A stretch of DNA of 64,000 bases, taken from an uncultured Acidobacteriota bacterium (GTDB taxonomy: Bacteria; Acidobacteriota; UBA6911). This document shows, in pieces, positions 33,080 through 42,320 of this stretch; position 1 is the stretch's first letter, and each line of letters opens with the position of its first letter. Location: NCBI GenBank assembly GCA_963827655.1, contig CAWHCF010000004.1:32001-96000 (forward strand), in the 5' to 3' direction. Below the pieces are notes generated by a model. The model made no database searches. It was not told where the DNA came from and saw only the letters and a program-made list of their open reading frames with translations. A program made the position numbers and the translations under genes.

Positions 33080-33454
33080 CTACCTCCCCTTCTGGTCCAG
33101 AATCCGTTTCAATTCGGCGATCTGCCCCTTGCCGAGGCGCCGCTCTTCGACGAAATGCGCGAGCATCGGTTCAAGGTTGCCGCCGAAGCATCGTTTAAGG
33201 AAGGACTCACTCTCCACCTTTACGCACTCGGCCTCGGAAACGAGCGGGTAGTAGAGATAAAGATTCTTGTACGTCCTGTAACCGAGCGCCCTCTTCTTGA
33301 CCAGGCGGCTCAAGAGAGTCTTCACGGTCTTGGGCTGCCACTCTTCCGACGACAGCGCCTGGATGATGTCGTAGGCCGGCATGGGCTCCGGCCGGCTCCA
33401 GAGCACCTTCATAACCTTCCATTCGGATTCGGCGATCTTCGGTAGTCTGGTCAT
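33080..33454 (-). CDS. BlaI/MecI/CopY-family repressor
   Basis: IAESEWKVMKVLW, WQPKTVKTLLSRLVKK, YLYYPLVSE; directly upstream of the M56 gene. Confidence 0.92.
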   Translation of the reverse strand: MTRLPKIAESEWKVMKVLWSRPEPMPAYDIIQALSSEEWQPKTVKTLLSRLVKKRALGYRTYKNLYLYYPLVSEAECVKVESESFLKRCFGGNLEPMLAHFVEERRLGKGQIAELKRILDQKGR

Positions 33455-33484
33455 GCGTGACCTGCTCACGAATGTTTGCTAAAG

Positions 33485-33500
33485 GATTACATAGGTAATC
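33485..33500. promoter_or_regulatory. Putative BlaI-type operator
   Basis: Palindrome GATTAC-ATAG-GTAATC about 30 bp upstream of the repressor ATG; resembles the TACA-NN-TGTA BlaI/CopY box. Confidence 0.65.
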
Positions 33501-33596
33501 TATAGACGCAAGAAGAAAGTTCGTGCGAGCGTGGCACCACTCTTCGTGTCTTTGAGTCTTAGCGGTATTTTTTGACAGACACGAAGAAACACTAAT

Positions 33597-34709
33597 CTAG
33601 GTCGAGGGCTTCAGGGACTTGCGCAGGGCCGACGCGACCGCCCTGTTCTGATTCATCGTGCCGTAACTGATCCGGATGTAGCCCGGCAGGTCCCAGTCCT
33701 TGCCGCGCCGCACGTAGACCTTCAGCTCCTGCAGGCGGCTCTCAACCTCCTCGCCGTCGTCGCCGGTGTTAAGGAGGAAGAACGGAGCCTGGCTCGGGAC
33801 GAAATCGGCGTTCATCGCTCGCAGCGTCCGTTCCCAGAACAGCTTCCCGTCTCGCGACAGGGCTCGCGAGCGCTCTACATGTTCGGCATCGTCGAGGGCA
33901 GCGAGGGCGCCAGCGAATCCAACTGCGTTGACGTTGTACATGAAGGTGTTTTCCTTGAGCTTCTTGATCAGGTCCGGATGGGCAATTCCATAGCCGACCC
34001 GCAGCCCGGCCAGGCCGTAGACTTTCGAAAATGTCCGCAGGACCAGGACGTTCGAACGCTCTTTCGGGAGGCCGCTCACGTCCGATTGGGGAGCATAATG
34101 GATGTAGGCTTCGTCGACGACATAGACGGCGTCTTTCGGGATCGCGTCAGCGAAGCTCCGGAGATCCTGAGCTGGAAGGATGGTGCCGGTGGGATTGTTA
34201 GGATTCGAGACCACAACCAGCCGGGTCTTGCTGTTGATCGCCGCGGCCATCGCCTGCAGGTCATGGCGGAACTGTTCATCGAGGGGGACCAGGTGGACCG
34301 GTACTTTGAGTTTCTCCGCGGCCGTCGCGGCGCTGCGGTAGGCTTCTCGCGCCGCGACCATCTCGCCTTCGCGTGCGAATGCTGACGGCAGGTTTCTCAG
34401 GATTTCGCCCGAGCCGCAGCCGAGGACGATCCACTCGGGCTCTACACGGTGAATCTTCGCCAGCTTATCAACCAGGGCCTGGGGCTTCGGGTAGCGGTTT
34501 CCTTGCAGAAGTGCCTCGGTCATCGCCCGGATCGCTCGGGGAGAAGGGCCGAGCGGGTTCTCGTTGAGACCGACCCGGATCGCGTCTTCCGGATATCCCC
34601 AGTCGATCGAGGGCCCGGACTGAGGCCGGGCCCTGGGCAGCCCAACCATCCCGGGAAAAACCGCAGATCGAGCGGTGGCGGCAAGAAAATCGCGGCGTGA
34701 ATTATCCAT
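33597..34709 (-). CDS. HisC-like class I/II PLP aminotransferase with Tat signal
   Basis: MDNSRRDFL; NENPLGPSP, NPNNPTG, VDEAY, RTFSKVYGLAGLRVGY. Confidence 0.85.
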   Translation of the reverse strand: MDNSRRDFLAATARSAVFPGMVGLPRARPQSGPSIDWGYPEDAIRVGLNENPLGPSPRAIRAMTEALLQGNRYPKPQALVDKLAKIHRVEPEWIVLGCGSGEILRNLPSAFAREGEMVAAREAYRSAATAAEKLKVPVHLVPLDEQFRHDLQAMAAAINSKTRLVVVSNPNNPTGTILPAQDLRSFADAIPKDAVYVVDEAYIHYAPQSDVSGLPKERSNVLVLRTFSKVYGLAGLRVGYGIAHPDLIKKLKENTFMYNVNAVGFAGALAALDDAEHVERSRALSRDGKLFWERTLRAMNADFVPSQAPFFLLNTGDDGEEVESRLQELKVYVRRGKDWDLPGYIRISYGTMNQNRAVASALRKSLKPST

Positions 34710-35171
34710 AGTGGAGACCTTTCGGGACGCCTGGTCCGAGACCCCAGTAGAATCCAAGTTTCTGTTATTCTCGAAGTGCCTTCGAACCAGCTTCGCATAA
34801 CGACTTCGGCGCAAGTCGAATCTTTGCTCGTCACTCTACTACCCTGGCTTTCGCCGTGTCAACGAATCAGCCATCTCCCGGCCACTCTTAGCATTGCAGT
34901 TCGCCGGAACAGACCACAACCACCAGGACACGAAGACGCCAAGAAACACCAAGAACCCTTGGATCGCGGCTGCTCTGTTCAGATCCGCTCAAAAATACTA
35001 GAATAAGAAAACTTCAGCGTCCTTGCGTGGTTGGTCATTGCGCGAGGACGGGCAATACGGAGAGCGACGCGGTCGTTCGGGTGAGTTCCTTTAGTTGCGC
35101 GCTCGGCATAGGATTGTCGCTACGCCGGGCGGCTTCATCCCCTCGAGTCTAACGGCGAAAGGTCGTCATCT

Positions 35172-36017
35172 ATGCGCTGGCAATTAGGCAGGCAAAGCAC
35201 GAACATCGAAGATCGACGCGGGATGGGCATGGCCCCGCGCGCGGGCGGCATCGGGTGCCTCGGGCTCGTCGTGGTCCTGGTCCTTTCCTACCTTACGGGG
35301 CAGAATCCTTTAGAACTATTGCAGCAGGTCGACACCGCGCCGGTCACGACCAATGTACCCGAGTCGGTGCCTTCGGGTTACGACGCCGAACGTGATTTCG
35401 TCGCCAGGGTGCTGGGAGACACCGAGGATACCTGGGGGCAGATCTTTGCGGCTAACGGCCGCCAGTACCAACCACCAAAACTGGTGCTTTTCACGGATGC
35501 CGTGCGCTCGGCCTGCGGATTCAACTCGGCCGCGGTGGGCCCTTTCTACTGCCCGCCGGATCAGAGGGTCTATCTCGACTTATCGTTCTTTCGCGAGCTT
35601 GACCGCCGGTTCGGTGCTCCAGGCGATTTCGCTCAGGCCTACGTCATCGCCCACGAGGTGGGACACCACGTGCAGAATCTGTTGGGCACATCCGAGCAGG
35701 TCCATCAAATGCGTTCGCGCATGGGCGAGGCCGAAGCCAACGCCCTCTCGGTGCGCCAGGAACTCCAGGCGGATTGCTTCGCCGGCGTCTGGAGTCATCA
35801 TGCGCAGCAGCAGCGAAATCTGCTGGAAGCGGGCGACGTCGAAGAAGGAATGCGCGCGGCGCAGGCGATTGGCGACGACATGCTGCAGAAGCGGGCGCAA
35901 GGATACATCAATCCGGAGTCCTTCACCCACGGGACCGCCGAACAAAGAGCTCGCTGGCTGAAGCGCGGGCTTCAGACGGGCCGGATTGATCAGTGCGATA
36001 CATTTCGCGAAAATTGA
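35172..36017 (+). CDS. Neutral zinc metallopeptidase (YpfJ family)
   Basis: MRW..GRQSTNIEDRRG, GPFYCP.D, YVIAHEVGHHVQ, ELQADC.AG, SFTHGT. Confidence 0.9.
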   Translation: MRWQLGRQSTNIEDRRGMGMAPRAGGIGCLGLVVVLVLSYLTGQNPLELLQQVDTAPVTTNVPESVPSGYDAERDFVARVLGDTEDTWGQIFAANGRQYQPPKLVLFTDAVRSACGFNSAAVGPFYCPPDQRVYLDLSFFRELDRRFGAPGDFAQAYVIAHEVGHHVQNLLGTSEQVHQMRSRMGEAEANALSVRQELQADCFAGVWSHHAQQQRNLLEAGDVEEGMRAAQAIGDDMLQKRAQGYINPESFTHGTAEQRARWLKRGLQTGRIDQCDTFREN

Positions 36018-36117
36018 TTCCGATTGGTGAAGCCAGGCCCGAACCGGTGATCAACCTGTCGATCGATCAGACGCCGGATCTCTCGCGGTTCAATAACTCT
36101 TGTTCAGGGTGGAAAGC

Positions 36118-37691
36118 ATGTGGAGGAAATGGTGGTTCTGGGTTTTGACGCTCCTGTTCTTGCTCGTTGTGGGACTTGCCGTCACGGCATTCATCCTTTC
36201 GCGCCGGATTGAGCCGTACGTACGCGAGCAGACCGAACGTTATCTGCGGGAGCGTTTTGAGGCTGATGTTGAAATTGGCCGGTTGGATGCGTCGTTGCCG
36301 ATGAGTTCCTCGACCAAAGTCATTCTGACCCGTGGAAAGGGCGCCGTGGTGCGCGCGTCGGGTCATGATATTACGGTGTGGCTGAGAGGCCGGCGCGATT
36401 TGCCGCCTCTTCTCAAAATGGGCAAGGTCGAGTTTGAGCTCGATCTCTTGACGCTCTGGAATGAGCCGGTCGACGTCCGCCGGGTGAAACTTGAGCAATT
36501 CGTCCTGACTATTCCGCCTAAGGGCGAGCGGTCCTCGATGCCCGATGTGAAATTCGAATCGGGCGGCGTCAAAGTAATTATCCGGGAGGTCATCGCCGAT
36601 GGCTCCCGGCTGACGTTGCTTTCGAAGCGACCGGACAAGGCGCCGCTGGTTTTCGACCTGCATCAACTCCGGTTGTTCGGCGCCGGCCCGGGCCAGGCCA
36701 TGAGATATGACGCGAAGCTGACCAACGCCAAGCCGCCGGGCATCATCGACAGCAACGGCACGTTCGGCCCCTGGGTTGCTACCGAACCGTCGGCCACGCC
36801 TCTTGCGGGCGACTATAAGTTTGAGAAAGCGGATCTGGGCGTGTTCAAGGGAATTGCCGGAATTCTGTCGTCGCAGGGTCGTTTTGAAGGGATTCTTCAG
36901 CAGGTCACGTCGATGGCACGACCGACACGCCGGATTTTCGATTGACGATGAGCGGCAACCGCGTTCCACTCAAGACGAAATTCCACGCCATTGTCGATGC
37001 CACCAACGGCAATACTTTCCTCCAACCGGTCGAAGCTCAGCTCAAGCGCACGACGTTCGAGTGCCGCGGCGGAGTTGCGCGGAACCGTGACGAAATCGGC
37101 AAGACGGTGGAGTTCGACGTTAACCTGAAACGCGGAATGATCGAGGACCTGATGCTTCTGGCGATGAAGGGCCCCAAGCCAGTCCTGCGAGGCGGGATCA
37201 AGCTCAAGATGAAGCTGAAGCTCCCGCCGGGGCGGGCGGAGATTTCCGATCGCCTTCAATTCAGCGGCCAGTTCGAGTTGATCGGTGCTCACTTCACCAG
37301 CACGACGGTTCAGGATCAAATCGATACACTCAGCCGGAAGGGAAAGGGGCGGCCACAGGACCAGGCGATTGACGAGGTGCCCTCGGATCTCGCCGGTGAG
37401 TTCATCATGGAGCAGGGGAAAATCCGGTTTTCGAAGCTGCGCTTCATCGTTCCCGGGGCCGCCGTGGAACTGGCGGGCCACTATCTCTTCGACTCGGAGG
37501 AACTGGACTTTCGCGGCAAGCTGCGGCTTCAGGCCCGTGTTTCCGAAACGATGACCGGCTGGAAGCGATGGGTGTTGAAGCCGGTAGATCCCTACTTCGC
37601 CAAGGAAGGCGCGGGGACGGTATTGAAGATTGCGGTGACAGGCACACGGTCAAATCCCAAGTTCGGGCTCGATCGCGGCCAGGGCAACTGA
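36118..37691 (+). CDS. AsmA-like protein (frameshift near 36912)
   Basis: N-terminal TM anchor; LTNAKPPG.I, FHAIVDATNGNTFLQPV, LKPVDPYF...GAG...I.VTGTRSNPKFG. Confidence 0.7.
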
Positions 37692-37803
37692 CCTCCTTAG
37701 TGTTTCTTCGTGTCTTCGTGTCCTAGTGGTATTTGTTTGGCGAAACGCCTATAGTACGAAACATTCACGCCGACTGGTGCGATCGGCAGCCCGGGGGTGT
37801 CTC

Positions 37804-38661
37804 ATGACAATTACACGGCGATCTGCAATCAAGAATATGGCGGCCTCGGTGGGGGGGCTTGCGGCATCCCTGACATTGGGTCGCCGGGCCCGCGCCGCTG
37901 GGAAGGCCACGGCATTCGCCCTGATCGGCGACCGCTACCACAACAGCGACTACCTCCGGACCGGACTGGGGAAGACTCTGGGCAAAGACCACGGGTTGTC
38001 GATTGACTTCTGCGACGAGGTCAAGATGCTTACCGCGGAGCACCTGCAGGGCTACAGGCTGCTCATCATTCTCCGCGACGGCATGACCTGGCCCAACGGT
38101 TATTCAGACGAAAACTCCAACGCCGGATACGTGCGGTCCGGATCTCCCCGGATCGTCAGCGAGCCGCCGGTTCCGAAGCCGGAAGGCAAGGCGCATTACT
38201 GGATCACGGCCGACCAGGGCAAGGCGGTGAAACAGTTTGTCCAGAGTGGCGGGAGCGCGCTGTTCTTTCACAACACGACCTACATCAGCCCGCACAATGA
38301 AGACTTCCGCGAAGTGCTGGGCGCGGTCACGGAAGGCCACCCGCCGATCCGTCCTTTCAAGGTGAAAATCGTCAACAAGGAGCACCCCATCACGCGCGGT
38401 GCGAACGACTTTGTCGTGACGGACGAGCAGCACTACATGAAGTATGAAAAAGACCCGAAGTTTCTTCTGATGCAAAGCGTCAATGAGGATGGTCTCGCCT
38501 TCAAAGAACTGGGAGCTACGGCGGCGGCCGGATGGGCCTACGATTTCGGCAAAGGGCGAGTCTGCTACCTGGGGCCAGGCCACTTGCTGATGGCGCTGTG
38601 GAATCCGGAATACGAAAAGATCCAGCGGAACGCCGCGCGCTGGCTGTTGCGAGAGACTTAG
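37804..38661 (+). CDS. ThuA-like domain protein, Tat signal
   Basis: MTITRRSAIK; GDRYH, FVQSGG..LFFH, GHPP, HPIT.G..DF...DEQH, GKGRVCYLGPGH. Confidence 0.8.
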   Translation: MTITRRSAIKNMAASVGGLAASLTLGRRARAAGKATAFALIGDRYHNSDYLRTGLGKTLGKDHGLSIDFCDEVKMLTAEHLQGYRLLIILRDGMTWPNGYSDENSNAGYVRSGSPRIVSEPPVPKPEGKAHYWITADQGKAVKQFVQSGGSALFFHNTTYISPHNEDFREVLGAVTEGHPPIRPFKVKIVNKEHPITRGANDFVVTDEQHYMKYEKDPKFLLMQSVNEDGLAFKELGATAAAGWAYDFGKGRVCYLGPGHLLMALWNPEYEKIQRNAARWLLRET

Positions 38662-38786
38662 CTTCGAGTCTTCGTGCCTTGGTGGTTGATTTTTGTGTGC
38701 GAAGTCTGGATGGCTTGCGCGGCGGCAACCAGTTGCGCTAATCTACCGCCGCGAATCACCTGCCTATCATGAGAAAGGACAATCCA

Positions 38787-39866
38787 ATGATGAAACGCTG
38801 CTCAATCGTTTTCCTTTGTCTTGCGTTCGCTGTTGGAGCCGCTGCGGCCGCCGAGGTCACGGCAGGGCTGAAATCCGGCTCCCCGGACTTGAAGTCGGCT
38901 GGCCCCTTGGCCTTTGCCCCTGACGGGGTTCTGCTTGTCGGTGATCCTGTAGGAGCCGCCATCTTTGCGATCGACACGGGTGACCGAACCCGACCGGGCA
39001 CGATCGCCGCGGTTAACATTGACGGAATCGGCGACAAGCTTGCCGGTATGCTCGGCACCACGGCTCAGGAACTCCTGATCAACGACATGGCCGTCAACCC
39101 TGCCTCGGGGAAGGTCTACCTGTCCGTGTCGCGTGGCAAGGGTCCCGCGGCGCTTCCGGTTCTGGCACGCGTCGAACAGGGGGGCAAGATTGAGATTCTG
39201 CCGCTGGAGAACGTCAAGTTCGCCAAGGCTGGACTTCCCAATCCGCCGACGGCTGAGCGGCAGCGAATGGAATCGATTACCGATCTGGCCTATGTGGACA
39301 ACCGGGTCTTCGTGGCCGGGCTTTCGAATGAGGAATTCGCTTCGCGCTTGCGCGCCATTCCATTCCCCTTCAAGGACGCTGACGCGGGGACCAGCATCGA
39401 GATCTTTCACGGAGCGCACGGTCAGCTCGAGACCCGATCGCCGATCCGGACCTTCGCCAGCTACAAGATCCGGCAGGAGCCTTACCTGCTGGCCGCCTAC
39501 ACCTGCACGCCGCTGGTCAAGCTGCCCCTTGCCGACCTGCGGCCCGGCGTGCACGTCAAAGGGACCACCGTCGCCGAGCTGGGCAATCGCAACCGGCCGC
39601 TCGACATGGTGGTCTTCAAGAAAGACGGCAAGGACTACATCCTGATGGCCAACAGTTCCCGCGGGGTAATGAAGATCACGACCGACAACATCGACAAGAT
39701 CGATGCGATCACCGCCCGAGTGGCCACCACCGCCGGACTGACATACGAAACCGTCGAGAGTCTCAAGGGAGTGCAGCAGCTCGATCGGCTGGACGACAGC
39801 CGGGCCCTGATCCTGATCCAGGCCGAATCGGGCTCGTTGAACCTTCAGACCATTCCGCTGCCGTAG
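38787..39866 (+). CDS. Secreted hypothetical protein (predicted beta-propeller)
   Basis: AAGGA RBS; signal peptide; GPLAFAPDGVL, INDMAVNP, GLSNEEFAS, EIFHGAHG..ETRSPI, AYTCTPLV, ELGNRNRPLDM. Confidence 0.75.
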   Translation: MMKRCSIVFLCLAFAVGAAAAAEVTAGLKSGSPDLKSAGPLAFAPDGVLLVGDPVGAAIFAIDTGDRTRPGTIAAVNIDGIGDKLAGMLGTTAQELLINDMAVNPASGKVYLSVSRGKGPAALPVLARVEQGGKIEILPLENVKFAKAGLPNPPTAERQRMESITDLAYVDNRVFVAGLSNEEFASRLRAIPFPFKDADAGTSIEIFHGAHGQLETRSPIRTFASYKIRQEPYLLAAYTCTPLVKLPLADLRPGVHVKGTTVAELGNRNRPLDMVVFKKDGKDYILMANSSRGVMKITTDNIDKIDAITARVATTAGLTYETVESLKGVQQLDRLDDSRALILIQAESGSLNLQTIPLP

Positions 39867-39873
39867 GAACTGC

Positions 39874-40983
39874 GTGCTTCGACTTCTGCTGCTGACCGCT
39901 TTCACAGTCGGTTCCGGCGAGGGAAGCGCGGCACTGCGGTTTGATCCTGCCGGCCCGGCCTTCGAGGTTACCGGCCTCGCCCGGTCAGAATTGGTGGGCC
40001 TCGAAGATCTGAAGTCGGAAGCGTGGGCCGAGGTTTTCGCGGTCTATGTGGCCGGGGCGTCGCGAGAGGGCGGGAATCGGCCCCCGGTGCTGGGCTCTTA
40101 TCGAATTATCGATGGCGGAATCCGCTTTGAGCCTCGCTTCCCTCCGGAACCCGGGGTGCGCTACCGTGCGGTGTTCCGCCCGCGCGACGGCGGCGGTGCG
40201 CCGATCGAGCAGGAATTCCTTCTGCCCAAGCCCGCCGCGGTACCTGCGCGCGTCGAGCGGCTATACCCGTCGGCGGCGCAACTACCCGAGAATCTGCTGA
40301 AGCTCTATCTCTACTTTTCCGCGCCCATGAGGCGGGGAGAAGCCTACCGCCGCGTTCGCTTGTTCGCGGCCGGCGCCGGTCGTGAAATCGAACTGCCGTT
40401 TCTCGAACTTGATGAGGAGTTGTGGGATCGGGAAGGGAAGCGGCTTACCCTCCTGTTTGATCCGGGCAGGATCAAACGAGGGCTCCGCCCGCGCGAGGAG
40501 GAAGGGCCCGTGCTCGAGGAAGGAAAGCGGTACGCCCTCATCGTCGATCGGCACTGGCTGGATGCGTCGGGGAATCCATTGAGCGAGGAGTACCGGAAGG
40601 AGTTCGCGGTCGGGCCGCCTGATGAAACCCAGCCCGACCCGAAGCAATGGAAGATCCAACGGCCTGCCGCCGGTACCCGGAATCGGCTGGTCGTGACCCT
40701 TCCCGAGCCCCTCGACTACGCGATGCTCCAACGCGTGATTGATGTGACTGGCGCCAACGACGCTCGAATCGACGGACGTGTTGCGATCGAGGCGGAAGAA
40801 AGGCGCTGGACTTTCACGCCGGAACGCCCATGGCCTGCCGGAGAGCATCGGCTGGTAGTGGAAACGACGCTGGAGGACCTGGCGGGAAACAGCATTGAGC
40901 GGCCCTTCGAAGTCGATCTCTTCCGGTCGGTCGAGCGGACCAGCGAAGTAATGAAGGTCCGGATCCCTTTCGTCATTCGATAG
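39874..40983 (+). CDS. Secreted hypothetical protein with Ig-like (Big_5/SbsA-like) features
   Basis: Starts 7 bp after the previous gene; LPENLLKLYLYFSAPM, ELWD..GKRLTLLFDPGRIKRGL, W.FTP..PW, LEDLAGN. Confidence 0.7.
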   Translation: MLRLLLLTAFTVGSGEGSAALRFDPAGPAFEVTGLARSELVGLEDLKSEAWAEVFAVYVAGASREGGNRPPVLGSYRIIDGGIRFEPRFPPEPGVRYRAVFRPRDGGGAPIEQEFLLPKPAAVPARVERLYPSAAQLPENLLKLYLYFSAPMRRGEAYRRVRLFAAGAGREIELPFLELDEELWDREGKRLTLLFDPGRIKRGLRPREEEGPVLEEGKRYALIVDRHWLDASGNPLSEEYRKEFAVGPPDETQPDPKQWKIQRPAAGTRNRLVVTLPEPLDYAMLQRVIDVTGANDARIDGRVAIEAEERRWTFTPERPWPAGEHRLVVETTLEDLAGNSIERPFEVDLFRSVERTSEVMKVRIPFVIR

Positions 40984-41955
40984 TCAGCGTTTGTCACGGG
41001 ACTTCGGCGTCCCGGCGTCTTGAGGTGAGCGCGTGGCGAGAAGCGCCTCGAGAGCCCAGGCGGTGGTCGAGACGCGCTGAGCGTAGCTTTCGGCGCGGGG
41101 CGGGCGCGTCGTCTCGGGCCAGCTTCCGTCCGCCAGCTGAGTCGAGGCCAGGTAGGCGCGGCCCCGTCTTACCCATCCGGCCGCCGTTTCGAGGGACGCG
41201 ACCGCGAGCAATGCGATCGCGGTATCGAAGGGTTCCGAAGCCGACTTGAGATAAGGTCCCCAGCCGCCGTCGGGATTCTGTCCCTGGCTGAGGATCTCGA
41301 GGCAGCGGCGGGACTGCTCGCGAGCCGGAGCATCGGCACTTCCTTCCAGACCCAGGAGAACAGCGGCTGCTTCCGGGACCGTCGCGACCGCCGTCTTTCT
41401 CAGCCAGCGATCGGCCGCTGCAATCGCGGTCGCGGCCGCATCGTCGCCGGCCGCTGCGAGCGAGAGCCGTGCCATCGCGGTGGCGAGAGCCGTGCCGTAG
41501 GTCACGGGTGAGCCGATGCTTCCTTGATCGATCTGCCAGGAGCCATCGGACTTCTGAAATTCCGTCACCAGGCGTGCCGCTTCAACGAGCGGTTCCCGGT
41601 CGTTGAGGCTGCCGGCTTGAGCAGCGCCCCGAAGCGCCGCGGCAAACTGGATCCGCGCCAGGGCCTTGTCGCTGAATCCCGGCTCCCCTTTGTTATCATC
41701 CCAGCGCCGCGGGGTCCGCAGCCACCGGATGGTGCTCTCGGTCGCAGCCGCCGGAATCTCGAGCGAATGCCGCAAGGCCGCAAACAGCGCCCGCGCGCCG
41801 TCGCCGTTATTGTGGCATGAGTAGCAGCCGTGCTCGTTCGACCAGCGGGGAACCTCGCGCGCCAGATAGGCGGCGGCCCGGTCCTCGGATGTCTCCTGTG
41901 CTGCGGCTGGAGCCGATAGCGCAAGGAGAAAGACTACTCCGCACAAAACTCGCAT
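40984..41955 (-). CDS. Secreted prenyltransferase/squalene-oxidase-repeat protein with one CxxCH
   Basis: Signal peptide; CYSCHNNGD; QW-type repeats QKSDGSW, QNPDGGW, QLADGSW. Confidence 0.75.
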   Translation of the reverse strand: MRVLCGVVFLLALSAPAAAQETSEDRAAAYLAREVPRWSNEHGCYSCHNNGDGARALFAALRHSLEIPAAATESTIRWLRTPRRWDDNKGEPGFSDKALARIQFAAALRGAAQAGSLNDREPLVEAARLVTEFQKSDGSWQIDQGSIGSPVTYGTALATAMARLSLAAAGDDAAATAIAAADRWLRKTAVATVPEAAAVLLGLEGSADAPAREQSRRCLEILSQGQNPDGGWGPYLKSASEPFDTAIALLAVASLETAAGWVRRGRAYLASTQLADGSWPETTRPPRAESYAQRVSTTAWALEALLATRSPQDAGTPKSRDKR

Positions 41956-41961
41956 GCTTAT

Positions 41962-41967
41962 ATTATA
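41962..41967 (-). promoter_or_regulatory. Putative -10 element of a leaderless transcript
   Basis: TATAAT 6 nt upstream of ATG 41955; no SD sequence. Confidence 0.5.
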
Positions 41968-42017
41968 GCCGCAAGGGAACTACCAACCGGTTCGGAAGAC
42001 CGAATTTCAAGTAGCGG

Positions 42018-42087
42018 ATCACGAGCGCGTGCACGACCACGTCAACGTCCACGTTGACGTGCACGTGATCGTGGACGTGGTCGTGAT
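42018..42087. repeat. Hexamer-period (CACGNN) inverted repeat
   Basis: cacgaccacgtcaacgtccacg ... cgtgatcgtggacgtggtcgtg. Confidence 0.7.
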
Positions 42088-42320
42088 CGGCTTTTTCCGC
42101 ACGGCCCGAGTTACGTATTGTCGCCCTTTGGGTCTTTCCCCCTTTTCGTTCGCCGCCACTGCGAGCACTGTCGTAATGGAGATAGCCTCTTTCCGCGGCT
42201 TGACTCCAATGATCGTCTGATGTTAACTCTCTTTCAACTACTCGGGTCACGTATAGTGATGGACCAACCGCCCGCAAGCCGATCCGAACTCACCCTAACT
42301 CACGTCTGATGAGGTAAAAA

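Noticed and set aside
29780-33454. Beta-lactam resistance locus
   Set aside because: No penicillin-binding sensor domain and no beta-lactamase or mecA-like gene in the window.
40984-41955. Squalene-hopene cyclase / terpene biosynthetic cluster
   Set aside because: Only 323 aa, secreted, lacking the DxDD catalytic motif, and with no isoprenoid genes adjacent.
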